Below are positions 13,831 to 27,922 of a stretch of 64,000 nt of DNA, piece after piece. This DNA is from Welwitschia mirabilis (Eukaryota). The stretch covers positions 20,715,865 through 20,779,864 of the forward strand of contig JBOZIK010000001.1 in assembly GCA_051453625.1 (NCBI GenBank). The letters are read 5' to 3'. The position numbers and the translations under genes are program-made. The notes below the pieces were generated by a model. It saw only the letters and a list, made by a program, of their open reading frames with translations, was not told the DNA's origin and did not search any database. Within the stretch, counting starts at the first letter, position 1. Each line of letters starts with the position of its first letter.

Positions 13831-15759
13831 CTTCTAGCTTTTAATGTAACTAATGAAAATATTGTAAGTTGTCTTAAAGGAAAGCTAACTCATGCTTATA
13901 AACTTAAGCAATTTGAAAAGAATACTAAGAGACTAACTTAATTAAGACATTCTAATATTGGAACCATTAAGTAGTACAAATCAACGGCAGACACCTCTTT
14001 TATTTAGTCATCATAGATGATTACACATGATATGACTAGATACACCTAAACTAACATAAATACAATGTGTTGCAAAAAATTTCAAATTTTCCTTAAATAC
14101 ACTTAGGGATGTAAAGTAAGCAAGCTCAAAGTGTAATGGGAAAACAATATTTTTCTAGATAATTTTTAAAATTATTATCACAAAAAGATATCGAGCATAC
14201 TCTATGCCTTATACTCACTATGTCAAAATAGAAGAGTAGAAATAAGGAATCGTGTGTCAAAGAAACAATAGGATGCTTTTTTAATAGAAGAAAACATGGA
14301 CAAAGTTGATGAAGAGAAGCAATAGTAAAAATTACATTCATAACAAATCAATTAACCATAAAGAGTCTAACAAGGTCACACTGTACGAGATATGGTTTAG
14401 GCATAAACTCGATGTGAGTCCAATAAAAGCATTAGATTGTGAAGCTTATAATCATACTCTAATTGCAAGAGAATAATCTAAGTTTAATATCAAAATTCTT
14501 GTTGGATATACAAAGATATCCAGAAGATCTAAGATCATGGAATTAAGGCCATTACAATCTCAAGGGATAGAGACTTGTATAAGGTGACATATGAAAAGAA
14601 CCAAAAACATAGATGTGAAAGTGTTCTTGTATAAATCAAAACTCCATCACCTAAAAGTAACAATCCAAATTCTATATTACCTAAATGCATCTTGTAAGGT
14701 TAGATTATAATTCACAAAATATTCTATATAAATATGTACTTATGTGGATGCAGATGATGGATTTGATAGGTTAACTCGTAGATTCATACTAGATATGTTG
14801 TATTCTTGGGAATTTCACTAATATCATGAAGAAGTAGGAGACCAAGACTATATATCCTATTCATTAATGGGATTTGAGCATAAAGCTTTGAATGAAGTTA
14901 TTACAAAAATCATTTAGCTAATAAACCCTCTAACCAACTTACTTGTCATGACATCCTTAACAATCATGATATACTATCATAATCAAGCTATAATTTATGT
15001 AATGAAAAATCCAACACATAGTACAAGGACAAAACATATTGATAAGAAACTACACTCCATGAGTAAAGATATAGAGAATGATATTGTGTCTGTAGAAGAA
15101 ATTATTACAAACATGTGTAATTAACCTCCATTGTATTTAAAAGTTGCTATCATATACTAAATTTATATAACTAAGACATATAACTAGATAGGACTAATGG
15201 GGGATGTTATAATTATATCTTATCTAACCTATATTTTAACTACATTATTGTCATCATTATAATAATAATAAAAGTTATAAAATGGTTACTGGTAAGGCAC
15301 ATACACATACACTTAAAAACGTTTTAACTACATAATTATATATATGATAAAAATAAGTCTAAATTAAGTAATCAAGATATAAATTAATAATTTAATAACT
15401 AAGGTATGGGTAGACACAATCAATTATCACTATTCTTCATAGTAAAATATAAAGACGTGGATGGAATCAAGTAAAAATTGAAAGAAAAAATATGATTTCA
15501 ACTTTCCAAGGTAAATCTTATGAAGTGTTAAAATTTCTAGAGGTGTTATTATTTTCAAGTACAATACTATTGAAACTCTAATTTTTTTAAGAAAACTAAT
15601 TTATTAAGAAAATGATATTCAAAGGGAATGTAGGTAAAAAGCAATTAAACCATTAAAAATTTACCGTGTGCTTTATTATATTTATCTTTTATTATGCTCA
15701 TTTTATAGTATACATAGTTAAATATTAATTTTTATTAAGGTTTTTATGTGATTGCAAAA

Positions 15760-16199
15760 GTGTGGCATTCAAGATCCAAATGAAATAAGGGATTTTAAGA
15801 AAGCTCACATGATTGTAAAAGAAAAGGTGATTGAATAATGGTCAAAGAAATGTAAAAATCAAAAGGAAATAGATTTCTATCATGAACACATCGAAGGCTA
15901 AAAATGTGATGGGTTTATAGAACATTTACATGTAGTGATTCTAACATAGATATAATTACTGATTAGGAAAATAAGAAATGGGATCTCTTCATCTTAAAGT
16001 TGAAACTAGAAGATGGGCAACTATTTCAATAGAAGATCAAGTATATGGATTATGTCTATTATAAGTTATAGAAAATGAGCAACATATCTTATTAGAATGT
16101 TGTACAACTCAATTTTTTAGATGTAACTAGAATATTGTAAGTACAACATATCAGACTTGGTACTAGAAATATCTTAAATATGTATTCAAGCTACATTTA
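15760..16199 (+). mobile_element. LINE ORF2 C-terminal zinc-finger remnant, RTEX-like (left part)
   Basis: 15978-16130 reads MGSLHLKVETRRWATISIEDQVYGLCLL*VIENEQHILLECC. This fits S(H)xLxxETGRW...PxExRxCxxC....ExExHxLLxC, with most mismatches being single transitions. Confidence 0.7.
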
Positions 16200-17659
16200 T
16201 GACAATTCGTTGTCTTCAAATTAATTCAACGGTCAAATTTAAATAAAATGGTTAAAAGAAATGGCGTAAAAACCTAAATGAGGCATGAAAATGTGCATAT
16301 TGCAACTTAGCAACAGACATATTTAAAGATGAATGAAATTAATAATNNNNNNNNNNNNNNNNNNNNNNNNNNNNNNNNNNNNNNNNNNNNNNNNNNNNNN
16401 NNNNNNNNNNNNNNNNNNNNNNNNNNNNNNNNNNNNNNNNNNNNNNNNNNNNNNNNNNNNNNNNNNNNNNNNNNNNNNNNNNNNNNNNNNNNNNNNNNNN
16501 NNNNNNNNNNNNNNNNNNNNNNNNNNNNNNNNNNNNNNNNNNNNNNNNNNNNNNNNNNNNNNNNNNNNNNNNNNNNNNNNNNNNNNNNNNNNNNNNNNNN
16601 NNNNNNNNNNNNNNNNNNNNNNNNNNNNNNNNNNNNNNNNNNNNNNNNNNNNNNNNNNNNNNNNNNNNNNNNNNNNNNNNNNNNNNNNNNNNNNNNNNNN
16701 NNNNNNNNNNNNNNNNNNNNNNNNNNNNNNNNNNNNNNNNNNNNNNNNNNNNNNNNNNNNNNNNNNNNNNNNNNNNNNNNNNNNNNNNNNNNNNNNNNNN
16801 NNNNNNNNNNNNNNNNNNNNNNNNNNNNNNNNNNNNNNNNNNNNNNNNNNNNNNNNNNNNNNNNNNNNNNNNNNNNNNNNNNNNNNNNNNNNNNNNNNNN
16901 NNNNNNNNNNNNNNNNNNNNNNNNNNNNNNNNNNNNNNNNNNNNNNNNNNNNNNNNNNNNNNNNNNNNNNNNNNNNNNNNNNNNNNNNNNNNNNNNNNNN
17001 NNNNNNNNNNNNNNNNNNNNNNNNNNNNNNNNNNNNNNNNNNNNNNNNNNNNNNNNNNNNNNNNNNNNNNNNNNNNNNNNNNNNNNNNNNNNNNNNNNNN
17101 NNNNNNNNNNNNNNNNNNNNNNNNNNNNNNNNNNNNNNNNNNNNNNNNNNNNNNNNNNNNNNNNNNNNNNNNNNNNNNNNNNNNNNNNNNNNNNNNNNNN
17201 NNNNNNNNNNNNNNNNNNNNNNNNNNNNNNNNNNNNNNNNNNNNNNNNNAATTAATAATTTACCTTTATTATTAAACAGTCTCACTCTAATCTTGATCTT
17301 TAATAAAGCAAGGGTGTCTGGTTAGATGGACTAGCCAAATAGTACTGCCTTCCAGATCTAGTGTGTAAGGACTTAACCTATCGTATGAAAATCCCATGTA
17401 TGCCATTCATCTCAAGTAAATAACCCATTTTAACATTGACCAAATGTTGTAAAAGTCTTTGAACCCCTTCTTCAAGAGTTATACTCTGTGGATGATAGTT
17501 ATAATTTTCACTCTAACTAAAAACTCTTATTATTAATAATCATAATAACATGTTTGATTCATTACTAATGACATAGCATGTTTATTAAATTGATGATTAC
17601 ATCATTATTACATAATCATTTTCAATAAGAAAAAGAGACACATTGTTGACTTATTAACA
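16200..17659 (-). repeat. 3' LTR of the chromovirus (spans an assembly gap)
   Basis: Collinear with 42125-42669 on both sides of the gap; tgacaat...cttattaaca. Confidence 0.8.
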
Positions 17660-18099
17660 TTTATACTTGTAGCATGAAATGGACTCCTTCCATTAAGCTT
17701 GCAGTTCATCCTTGTACTATTGTTCTTTCATATGGACTTCTTTCAAATCTTGTTGTATCTTCTTCTAATCTTTACCTTTATCTACTCCCTCTACATAAAG
17801 AGAATTCTTATGTTGGTTTTCAAAATAAAGACTTTTTTGGTTAAACTATTCATACTCATTCTTAAATGAATTACAATAACTTTCATGCATATGTTTTTGG
17901 TTTTCCCAAGTGCATTAATCATAATGAGATGATTCTACTAAAACTTCCCTTATTATTTTACCTCTTCATTTATTTTCTTTTGAATTTTTAATTTGTATAG
18001 AATTGAGAGTAAATCGAAGGTTAGATCTTACTAGAATATTTTTCCAGTCTATAATATATTCATCATACTTTGCTGTTTAATGTGGTTTCAAGAGATTCA

Positions 18100-21000
18100 C
18101 ATGAAAAACTAGATGAGTCTTTGTCCTAACCTTTAAGAAGACTGATTTTGTAAGCCAAATCACCTATTTTTCAATTATAAAAAATAATCCACAGAACTGG
18201 GGAGTGAGCTCTCGCTATTTTTCCAACTTTAAGGATTCTCTCTTGGGTATGCCTAATGATACTTGATCATTAACTTGAAAGTATGATGTGAATGTTTTTT
18301 ATCATAATATTTTTTTAATACCTATCTTCAGCTATCTAAAATTATTTTTTAACTTTTTGTATAATTTCCTTCATTATCTAAATCTATTTCCATTGTCCTT
18401 TTATTATTTGAGATGGATCAAACTAAGCAATTAGAGTAGAATAATTTCTCCCATACATTGGTTCAAATGGAAAATATCAGATAGGTATTTAATAGTTTTG
18501 ATTATATGCAAGTTTAGCAAAGTGTAAATATAGTTCCCAGATTGTTGGTTTACCTATTACATCACTTTGTAAAATTTCTTGAAGGATATAGTTGATTCTA
18601 TTTATTCGGTCATCCGTCTAGTTGAAAAGATGTATTGAATAAGACTTAAGTGTTAAGTTGCTTGAAGACTTCTTACCCAAAACTATAGATGAATTTTGTG
18701 TCTCTGTCAAAAACAATGACCTTAAGGTTGCCATGCAGTTTAAAGGCTGTCTTCACAAAACGATCAGCAATTTCTTGTATCGTGTTAGTGATCTTAGTTG
18801 GAATGAGATGAGTAATCTTTATTAACTCGTCTACACACACAAAAATTGCATTGTGCTGTTATTAAGCAAACCAGTAATGAATTCCATAATTATCTTTTCC
18901 CACTTCCAAGTTGATACCCTTAGAGGCTTTAAAAATTAAGTGATCTTTTGCTATTTGAGTTTGATTTACTAATTGATTAGGTATAATTTCAAAAAGTCCT
19001 TTCTTTGATAGTTCATCCCCTACTAGTAGTATTGTCTCCTAAGAATGATATAAGTCTTTGCAACTTCATGATGAACCATGTATGGAACTTCCTAAGCTTC
19101 TTTAAGAATCTAATTTTGCCAATGACCCATAGGTACACATACTCTTCCTTTTCTCATTAATATCTCATTTGATGTGATGATGTAAAGAGGATCATCTTTC
19201 TCTCTTGCTAGTTTTTTACACACTACTTTCAAGACCTTATTTTGAGGTATTTGCTTCTTAATATCATTGGTCATTTTATAATTCATTGTATAAATGAATA
19301 TATACCACATGTGACTAAGGGAAAAAACAACTTTATTCTTTTTACTAAGGGTATATATAATATTAAAGTCATATTTAGCTAGTAATTTCATCCGATGTCT
19401 CTATCATACATTTGTGAGAAGTTAATTTTATAAATATTCTAAACTTTTATGATTAGTTTTTGAATGAAATTTATCTCTTAGAAGATAATGCCTTTAAACT
19501 TTTAGGGCATGGATAATTACCAATAATTCAAAGTTACATATTGGATAATTTCATTTTTATTTGTTTAATTTTTTTAACTCATATGCAATTACTCAATCAT
19601 CATACATCAACACTACTCTTATTTCATTTATATAAGAATTACTTATCACAATAAATTCCTTTTCCCTTTTTTATATTTTCAGTATGAGGGTTGTTATGAG
19701 AAGGATTTTAAGCTTAATAAATGCATTTTTGCTTTTTTTATTGAAATTGAAGGGTATATTCTTCCTTGTCGAGTCCATCATTAGAACTGCAACCTTTGAG
19801 TAATTTTTAATGAATTGCATATAGAACCTACTAATATAAAGAATCTTTTCACTTTAGTTGGATTTCATTGCTCTGGCCAATCCCAAATTACTTAAAATTT
19901 AGTAAGGTCTGTTTTAATTTCTTTCTTGGATAAGACATGTTGAGGGTAATGGATAGACTTCTTAAAAAAATTACACTTGCTCAACTTTGTTGTGATAACA
20001 TGTTCCTTTAACAACTGTAAAGCTCTCTTTATCTGCTTAACATGTTCCTCCTTGTTTTTTGAGTAAATCATTATATCATTCATAAAAATAATAACAAACT
20101 TATCTAAAAGTCATAAATGGTAAATGTGCATTAGTAAGTCCAAATGGCATAATCATAAACTTGTAAAGTCCATTTTTCACTTTAAAGGCTATCTTAGTAA
20201 TATATTCTTGTTTGATTCGGATCTAATGATATCCTAACTTTGCTCTCTACAAATGATCCAAAAAGTCGTCAAATTCTACGAAAATGGTATTTATTCTTAA
20301 TGATTATCTTATTTAATTAATAATAGTATATGCACAGCCTATGAAATCCATCTTTTTAGTTTACAACTAAAACAAGAGTTTCCTAAGGTGATACACTTGG
20401 TTTGATGTTGTCTTTATTTATCAACTCTTCAAGGTACATCTTTAATTCACTCAATTCTACAACTAAGAACCTCTAAGAGGCATGAAATATTGATTGAGAT
20501 TTTGGAACTAATTTGTTAACATGTTCTACCTTTCTTTTTAGTGGTAAATCATCTTTATCTTTAAAAGCTTTACAAAATTCCTATTATTCTTTTGGTAACC
20601 TAATCTCTTCTTTTGTTGTAACTAAAGCACAAAACATTTATCCTAACTTTAATGCTTTCCTTATTTCCTTATTTGTTAAAAACAACATTTGCTTCCTTTT
20701 TCCTTCATCTTCTGAGATCCATCCTTTACATAAAGTAGGAATAAAAAGAAAGCCAATATGGAAGGAAGCCCTAACATCAAAATTTTCCAAAAAACACATT
20801 TCTAAACTTGCATCATATTTTTAAATGTCAAAGACATAAAATTTATCTTTAAATATTAAATTACTAATGTTTACTATGAGGTTTGCATAATACCCAAATT
20901 ATGTAATTATGTTTTCCTAAGCAACCTCATCCTTAGAAATTTTTCTTTGATTATTTTATCTCTAAAGTTTTCTATAATTCTAGGAGAAATAAAATTTTCA

Positions 21001-22160
21001 CTTGCATTACAATCAATTAAAAAAATATTTTTTGGAAATTCTCTAATTTATATAATATAAAATTAATTTTTGATAAAAACTTGTTTAAATAGTGGCAAAC
21101 AATTTCTTCCCTACTTCTTGTGATTATGTAGGTGGGCCTGACTTTAATTTGTTCCCTTCTTTTTCATAGTTCTTTATTATGTATTTCTTTTTCTTGTAAA
21201 TATGACAGATTGGCACTATTTCACCTCATACATTTTGCTAGGGTTATAGTTGTGGAAATTATTGAGACGAGGACTTGGAAGATGCTAAGGATTTTAGCAA
21301 GGACTAATATTTGTAGCCACATAAGCATTTATTATGACACGTTATTCTACTCCTATGTAATATTTATCTTTTTATATGCTTCTTGTTGAGATTTTAATTC
21401 AATAAGACATATTAGCCTTGCTCCATAATCTAGGTGGAAGGGCACTATTACAATTGCTGACTAACTCTTTAGGATTTCTGTGGTGTTAGAACATTATCAA
21501 TTCTTGGAACTACTCCTAATTTTTATTTTTTGTAACTTCTCTCAATGTTTATCTAAGATTTTTCCTCCCAAATATGGGTATTTAAACTAGATTTATTTAT
21601 CTTTAATGAAATAATTAGGAATGAAAGTTTTAGATAATTCTTTTGTAAAATTAGTTTAATCAATGTAATGATTCATCATTATGCTAAGTTCACTCCATGA
21701 TGTTACTATGTCCCTGTCGAGAACATTATTCCAGAATGGATGTGGTTACATCATTCTTTAGTTAGAAATACTAGATCCACTCTAAAGCTTCTTCATAAGA
21801 TCTTGGAGTTTTTGTATACATTTTAATTTTACCTTCTTGATCTATTCTTGAAAGTCCCTTTCTTCGATGGATTGGTTTCATGCTTCTTTATGGGAATTAT
21901 GAATTTGATCCTTATATTCATAAATGCATGTATTAATTTCGTCAAGTGCATTAAAAGTGGTAGATAATTGTGTGGATTGTTATTAACGTGTTCAAGCCTT
22001 TTATTACACACTTGAGTGGATTCATTACCTTCATTCCAAGGAATTATAAGATAGAGTCATTGTTTCTCATATCCTGGTTTTGTAATGTCCTTACATCCAT
22101 GTACTAGCCTTAAATTCTTAGTAAACTTTGTTAATCCTCTATTTAAGAGCATTGACATGG
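18100..22160 (-). pseudogene. Decayed gypsy gag-pol (gag, protease, RT, RNase H, integrase)
   Basis: LIDCNASENFIS (protease, ~21000); PSVSP..KDG..LCI..LNK..IKNKY, IMPFGLTNA and FMNDIMIYSKNKEEH (RT, 19890-20400); KYDFNIIY..KNKV (RNase H end); WKWEK, LHGNLKVIVFDRDTKF (integrase, 18480-18910). Many stops and frameshifts. Confidence 0.92.
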
Positions 22161-22469
22161 TTGTTCATATGATCTTTCATTATTTATCAATGCACACATC
22201 AATGTATCATGTGCTTTAGTATGCCTTGTACTTCTCTTTTTATAGTAAGTAATATAGTTACCTAACTATTACAAGTTAGAACTAATAAAAACTAATAAAA
22301 AAAACATCATCTGTAAGTGAGAATAATGAAAACTGATAATCTTAAGCTAACTCAAAGAATAGATCAATTTATCTTGTCATAAATCTTTGGCTTAGTTGTA
22401 AAATTTAAATTTGCTCTTACTTAGGAGCATGACACTCTATATTAATTATGCAATATTTATTTGAAATCC

Positions 22470-23035
22470 ATGCATTCAATAGTCACCAAATCAAAACCAT
22501 GACATTTTATACTAAGTGTATGAGATCTAGTTCAAGTCCATGATGCCTTAAATTGACTGTACTATGTCTAGTTTAGCTCCATGACATCTAATAATCATCA
22601 AATTGAAACCATGATGTCCTAGAATAAGTGTAAAAGATCGAATTTAGATTCATGATGCCTTGTGATAATTCAATTAGAACTATGGTGCCCTATTCTAATT
22701 TTACATGGTTCCTTTCATATTCATGGCATCCTATATTTACTAAATTAGAACTATGACATCCTATACTAATTGTAAGAGAGCCAATTTAGATCTATGATGC
22801 CTATAATATTTAAATTAGAGCCATGATGCTCTATACAAATGATATAAGGTTAAGTTTATATGCATGACATCCTATAGTCATTAAATCATAACCACGATAT
22901 CCTATTCTAATTATGCAAGATCTGGTTCAAATCCATGATTCCCTATAGTTTACTAAATTAGATTTATGACATCCTTTACTTATTGTACAAGGTTTTTCTT
23001 AGACTCATAATAACCTGTAATCACTAAACTCGAAT
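22470..23035. repeat. ~71-bp tandem array, left segment (~8 units)
   Basis: Unit approximately catgacatcctatactaattgtacaaggtctaggttagatc + catgatgccctatagacactaaattagaac. Confidence 0.85.
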
Positions 23036-24471
23036 TTTTAGATTATGTTTTACTAATTAATGTCAAACTAATGTTTTTAAGTATAGCAAATTTTGTGTAT
23101 CTTGTGTAGAAAATATTAACCACTTACAGGTTAGATGTTAAAGCCATGAATGTCAAAATCTAATCTGGAAATGTGTCAAGTTTAATTACCTTCTTGAGGG
23201 GTTGACCAGACTTTCAAGGGATCAACTGCACTTGGATCATACTCTCAAAATTAAACTAAATTTAGAGGGATCAACTGAATCTCTGATGGATCGACTAGAT
23301 TTGTGATCCTAAAAATAGTATCCTTGAATTAAATATCAAAAGGTCGACTAGACCTATAATGGGGTGGACTAGACATGTGACCTAAGAATAGTATCCCTGA
23401 ACTGAATGTCAAGGGGTCAACTGGATCTATGATAGAGTCAACCAAATTTGTGGACCTGAGAACAGTGCTCTTGAACCAATCATCATGAGGTCGACCGAAC
23501 ACCTAAAGGGGTTGACCAAACCTAATGCAAGAAATTAAAATAAACTTTTATCAGAACTAGTAGGTGACCAGAGAGATTTACAAGGGACCAGATGGGAGTC
23601 GACTAGACCTTAAGGGGTTAATCAGACATGGAGCCGTAAAAAACTAGGACGATTGAAAAGTTCACTTGGGTGACATGTGTAAGTCACGGCACAAGAAGAG
23701 GTCAACCAAACTTTTGAGGGGTCAACTAGCCAGAGAAAAAATGAAATTTTTTATTTGTTATGTATCCGTTAGATATTCGTTTTCTAGTCATTTATAGCCT
23801 TGAAAGTGAATTTTCAATTATAATAAACCATAAACCTTCTAATATAAATAGCCAAGAGAGAGATGATAAAAGAATCTGTTTTTGACTCTTGATTGAAGGA
23901 CTGAATCTTGTGATTTTTACTATATCATCTTGGAATTATACTTTTGATCAAGGACAATTTATCACTTAGTGTATCTGTACATTTAAGGTCAGATCTAGTA
24001 CTTCATTTATTGTATTATCTATAGGAGAAGAGCTCCATTAGAATCATTGTACCAAATAACAAGTGATATTTGTGCATCAAAGGCGTTGTTATCATTATTA
24101 TTACATTCTTTGAAGGTTGAAACTAAGCCTACAAAAGTCCATTGGAAAGGTTATGCCTTAGGCTTAAAAAGTCCATATTCAAAGATTACAAGTAAACCTG
24201 TAATACGTAGAAGAGTTAACAAAGATCCAAATTAGGCTAGGTGATAAGCCGATCATCGAGAGTGGAGTAGGAGGTTTACCAAACCACTATAAATATTGCA
24301 TGCATCTAATTGGTATTTTATGGTCTCTATTAGTTTCATGTTTCTGAATACCTTTTAGTTTATCTTTTCATATAGTGATTTATTTCAAGTAAGTTTTTAT
24401 TATATCATGAGTTTATTCATTTAATCTTTTAGAATCTATTCATCCCCCCTCTAGGGTTCTCTATTCTATCA
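23036..24471 (+). repeat. 5' LTR of the SIRE-like copia
   Basis: Collinear with 27923-29315; ends catcccccctctaggg...ctatca. Confidence 0.9.
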
Positions 24472-27400
24472 ATTAATATCAGAACTAAGTTGGGTCCATT
24501 ATTAGATTTTAACCAATCTAGAGTTTGAAACCCAAATATGAGTAATCCCTCTATTGATTTTTCAAATACACCCTTCTTAGATACATTTATTCTTATTGGT
24601 ATTTTTTCGATAATATGTGGATATATTTTCAATTAGATTACAAACAATGGAAATGCAAAGGAGTTAACGAAAAGTAACAATAGATTAGTTCAAAAATCTG
24701 GCAAAGACAAGAGACTTTCTTTCATGGCAAATATGCCTTCTTTATAGAATTTGCCCAACACATTAGAGCATGATGATTTAGATGTGATTGATGAAGAACA
24801 GGATGAGCTGCAAGACACTTGTCAAGAACTGTACCTAAAATGTGAAAAGTTCACTAAAAGGATAAATGATCTAAACAAGATTGTAAAGTGTCTTACCAAG
24901 GAAAAGGAGGAAATGGAATCAAGATTAAAGAGGATTAAATTTGAAAACTTTAATGGAATCAAGATTAAAGAGGATTAAATTTGAAAACTTTAATATCATC
25001 ATATAGGTAAATGAGTTATCTCATTTTTTTTAATAAATTTTTTGGTGGTTCTTCTAAATTAAAACAGATGCTTAGAGTTTAGAAACCTGCTAGTGATAAG
25101 TTGGGTATTGGGTTCATCTCTCAATAACCTCAAAAGCAATAAAATTAGGTAACATGGCAAAGTAAGTTCTTCTCAAAAGTTACTTATCATTTCTGTAGAA
25201 AAATTGGTCCTTTAAAATTTTTATGCAATGCTAGAAAATTAATTTTATTCTAAACCTCAATTAATACTTTTCTTTTTAAATTCATTTCAAAAGGATGTAT
25301 ACCACATAAGTCTAAAAAGATTGTGTAGGTAAAAGCTAATGTCCTTAAAAGTATTTTAATTTAGATAGCTTTCAAGGTATTAAATAGTAATATCTAGGAC
25401 CTGGATAGTGTGTATTCAAGGAATATACTAGAATACAAATCAAGGTTTAAGTAATTAAGCAATTTTAATGAAAGAGAGATGACTTATGGTGATAACGAAA
25501 GAGCAAAAATAGAAGGAATTAAAAGAATCAATGGAGGTAACCTTCCTAGAATTAATGAAGTTTTGTATGTAAATGTTTTGAAGCATTAGTTAAATATGTA
25601 ATAAAGGTCATACGGTAGTAATTGATAAATCAAAATGTGAAATTTTACATGAAAAATCTAATGATGTAATTCTTAGAGCAAGTAGAATAGACAACGTATA
25701 TAACATAGATTAATTGTTTGCTCCATGTTGTTTTTTAAATGTTCCTCAAGAAGATCTTTGGGATAAACAACTAGGTCATGTTAATTATGATTGGTTGAAA
25801 ATAATTATTTGTAAAAACATTGTGAAAGGTATCCCTAAGATAAACATAGAAAAACAAGATTTATGTAATGCGTGTTAAAAAGGAAAATAAATAAGGACTT
25901 CACATAAAAGTAAAAATCAGACTTCCACTACTATGTCATTAGAGCTTATCCATATAGATCTAGTAGGTATTTCTCAAACTCAAAGTCTAGGTGATAAACG
26001 TTATTTTCTCACTATGGCTAATGACTCCTGTAGATATACTTGGATAGCCTTCCTATCAAAAAAGTTTAAAGCATACCAATTTTGGGTTGAGATATGAAAA
26101 TAATTCAAAATGAAAAAAGTTATACCATACAAAAAATAAGAAGTGGTCATGGTGGTGAATTTGAAAATGATTTTTTTGAGAAATATTGTATCGATAATGT
26201 AATTGATCATTAATTTTTAGCCCTAAATAGACCACAAAAAAATGGTATAGCTGAAAGAAAGAATAGAGTCCTTCAAGAAATGATATGAACCATGTTAAAT
26301 GATAAAGAGGTCTCTAAATCATTTTGGACTGAGAAAGTTAGCACAAGATGCTATATTATTAACAAAGTATATCTTAGGCCATGTATAGATAAAACTCCAT
26401 CTAAGCTATGGACAGGAAGATAACCTAANNNNNNNNNNNNNNNNNNNNNNNNNNNNNNNNNNNNNNNNNNNNNNNNNNNNNNNNNNNNNNNNNNNNNNNN
26501 NNNNNNNNNNNNNNNNNNNNNNNNNNNNGTGCAAGTTATCAATCCCAACCAAAAGAATCACATCTACAAGTAGTAAAAAAAATAATTAGGTACGTAAAAG
26601 GCACATGTTCTTATAACTTGTGGTATCCTACAGAGACATCCCTTGAGCTTGCAGGTTTTAGTGATGTGAATTGGGCTGGTTGTAAAGATGATAAAAAGAC
26701 CTCAAGTGAAAATTGTTTTCTACTAGGTTCATGCTTAGTAGGATGGACAAGTAAGAAATAAAACTCCATCTCTCTTTCAACTACAGAAGCAGAGTATATT
26801 GCAGTAGGTAGTTGTACTCATCTTTTATGGATGAAAGAAATGCTAAAGGATTTTGGTGTTAATTTTAAACAATTTCCTATCTTTTGTGATAATACTAGTG
26901 CTACAAACATATCTAATAATCCTATTCAGCACTCAAGAACCAAACATATTGAGCTAAGGAATTATTTTCTAAGGGAACAAGTTGAAAAAGGGCACATCTC
27001 TATGAACTTATAAGTACTAATCAACAGCTAGCAGATATTTTTACTAAACTCCTAAACTTTGATATCTTTCTTTGTCTCAGAAATGAACTAGGGGTTATCT
27101 CGCTATTGTATGGCTGATTTCAGGATGATTTATTAGATCTATGATTCAATCGACTAGAGTGATTGATCGACTGGAATAAAATCTCGGTCACCCGGACCCT
27201 CTCAGTTCTGTAGGCTCCTTCTGAGGAAGCTAGTAGCACAGAACAAAAGTCAGTTATAAAAGAGGCTTTGTTTTATCAATTTAAATCTTTTCTATGTCAT
27301 TATGTTGATTCTCTATTTTTGTTTGTCTTTTTGTCTTTTTTGTCATTGATGTCAAAAGGGGGAAAATTAGTTGTATATTTCTTAGGAATTTAGATCTTAT

Positions 27401-27922
27401 ATTCTCAGATGTTATGCTTTCAGATGTAGCTTACTCTTGATGAACACTTTTACTTTGTAATGCTTATGTTTAATGAAATAAAAATTCACTTGTTTTATGC
27501 TTTCAATTTGTGTTTTAAATAGTTTTTTGTGTAATTCAAAGATCCATACGAGCTTAAAATTTTTCTATGATGAAACTTAAGGATCCAAATGATGTTTATC
27601 TTATATTTGCAATGAACTACAACTGTCTAAAATATTGTATGATGTTATTCTATATTTAAAATGAATTTTAAATAATCAAAGTGATAAAATTTATGTGATC
27701 AAAATGTGCTTCTCATAAATATTGGTTCTTAACTCTGCAAATGTTCATCTTAAATTGTTTTCATTTTAGGACAAAATCAGACTTATCAAAATGTCTTTAA
27801 TTGATTTCAAAAGGCTTAATATTTTTGCAAAGAATAATAGGAATTTCATAAGGGGGAGTTTTCTCAATGTTAAATATTTTTACAACTAAGTATTATTTAC
27901 AATCAATGTCAAAGGAGTAGAT

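Larger units (their letters stand above)
9996..15590 (+). mobile_element. Decayed Ty1/copia LTR retrotransposon
   Basis: Direct repeats at ~10050-10197 and ~15440-15590. PBS-like tgatataaaag follows ...cttaca, and PPT aatggggga precedes tgtt at 15205. Integrase IIDDYT (~14010) and LYEIWFRHKLDVS..ALDCEAY (~14385). RNase H YVDAD (~14741) and KNPTHSTRTKHID (~15005). Most of RT is deleted, and the left boundary is approximate. Confidence 0.8.

Noticed and set aside
12243..17325. Long ORFs of 238-371 aa in the track (also 59676-60794)
   Set aside because: These are read-through of N gaps.
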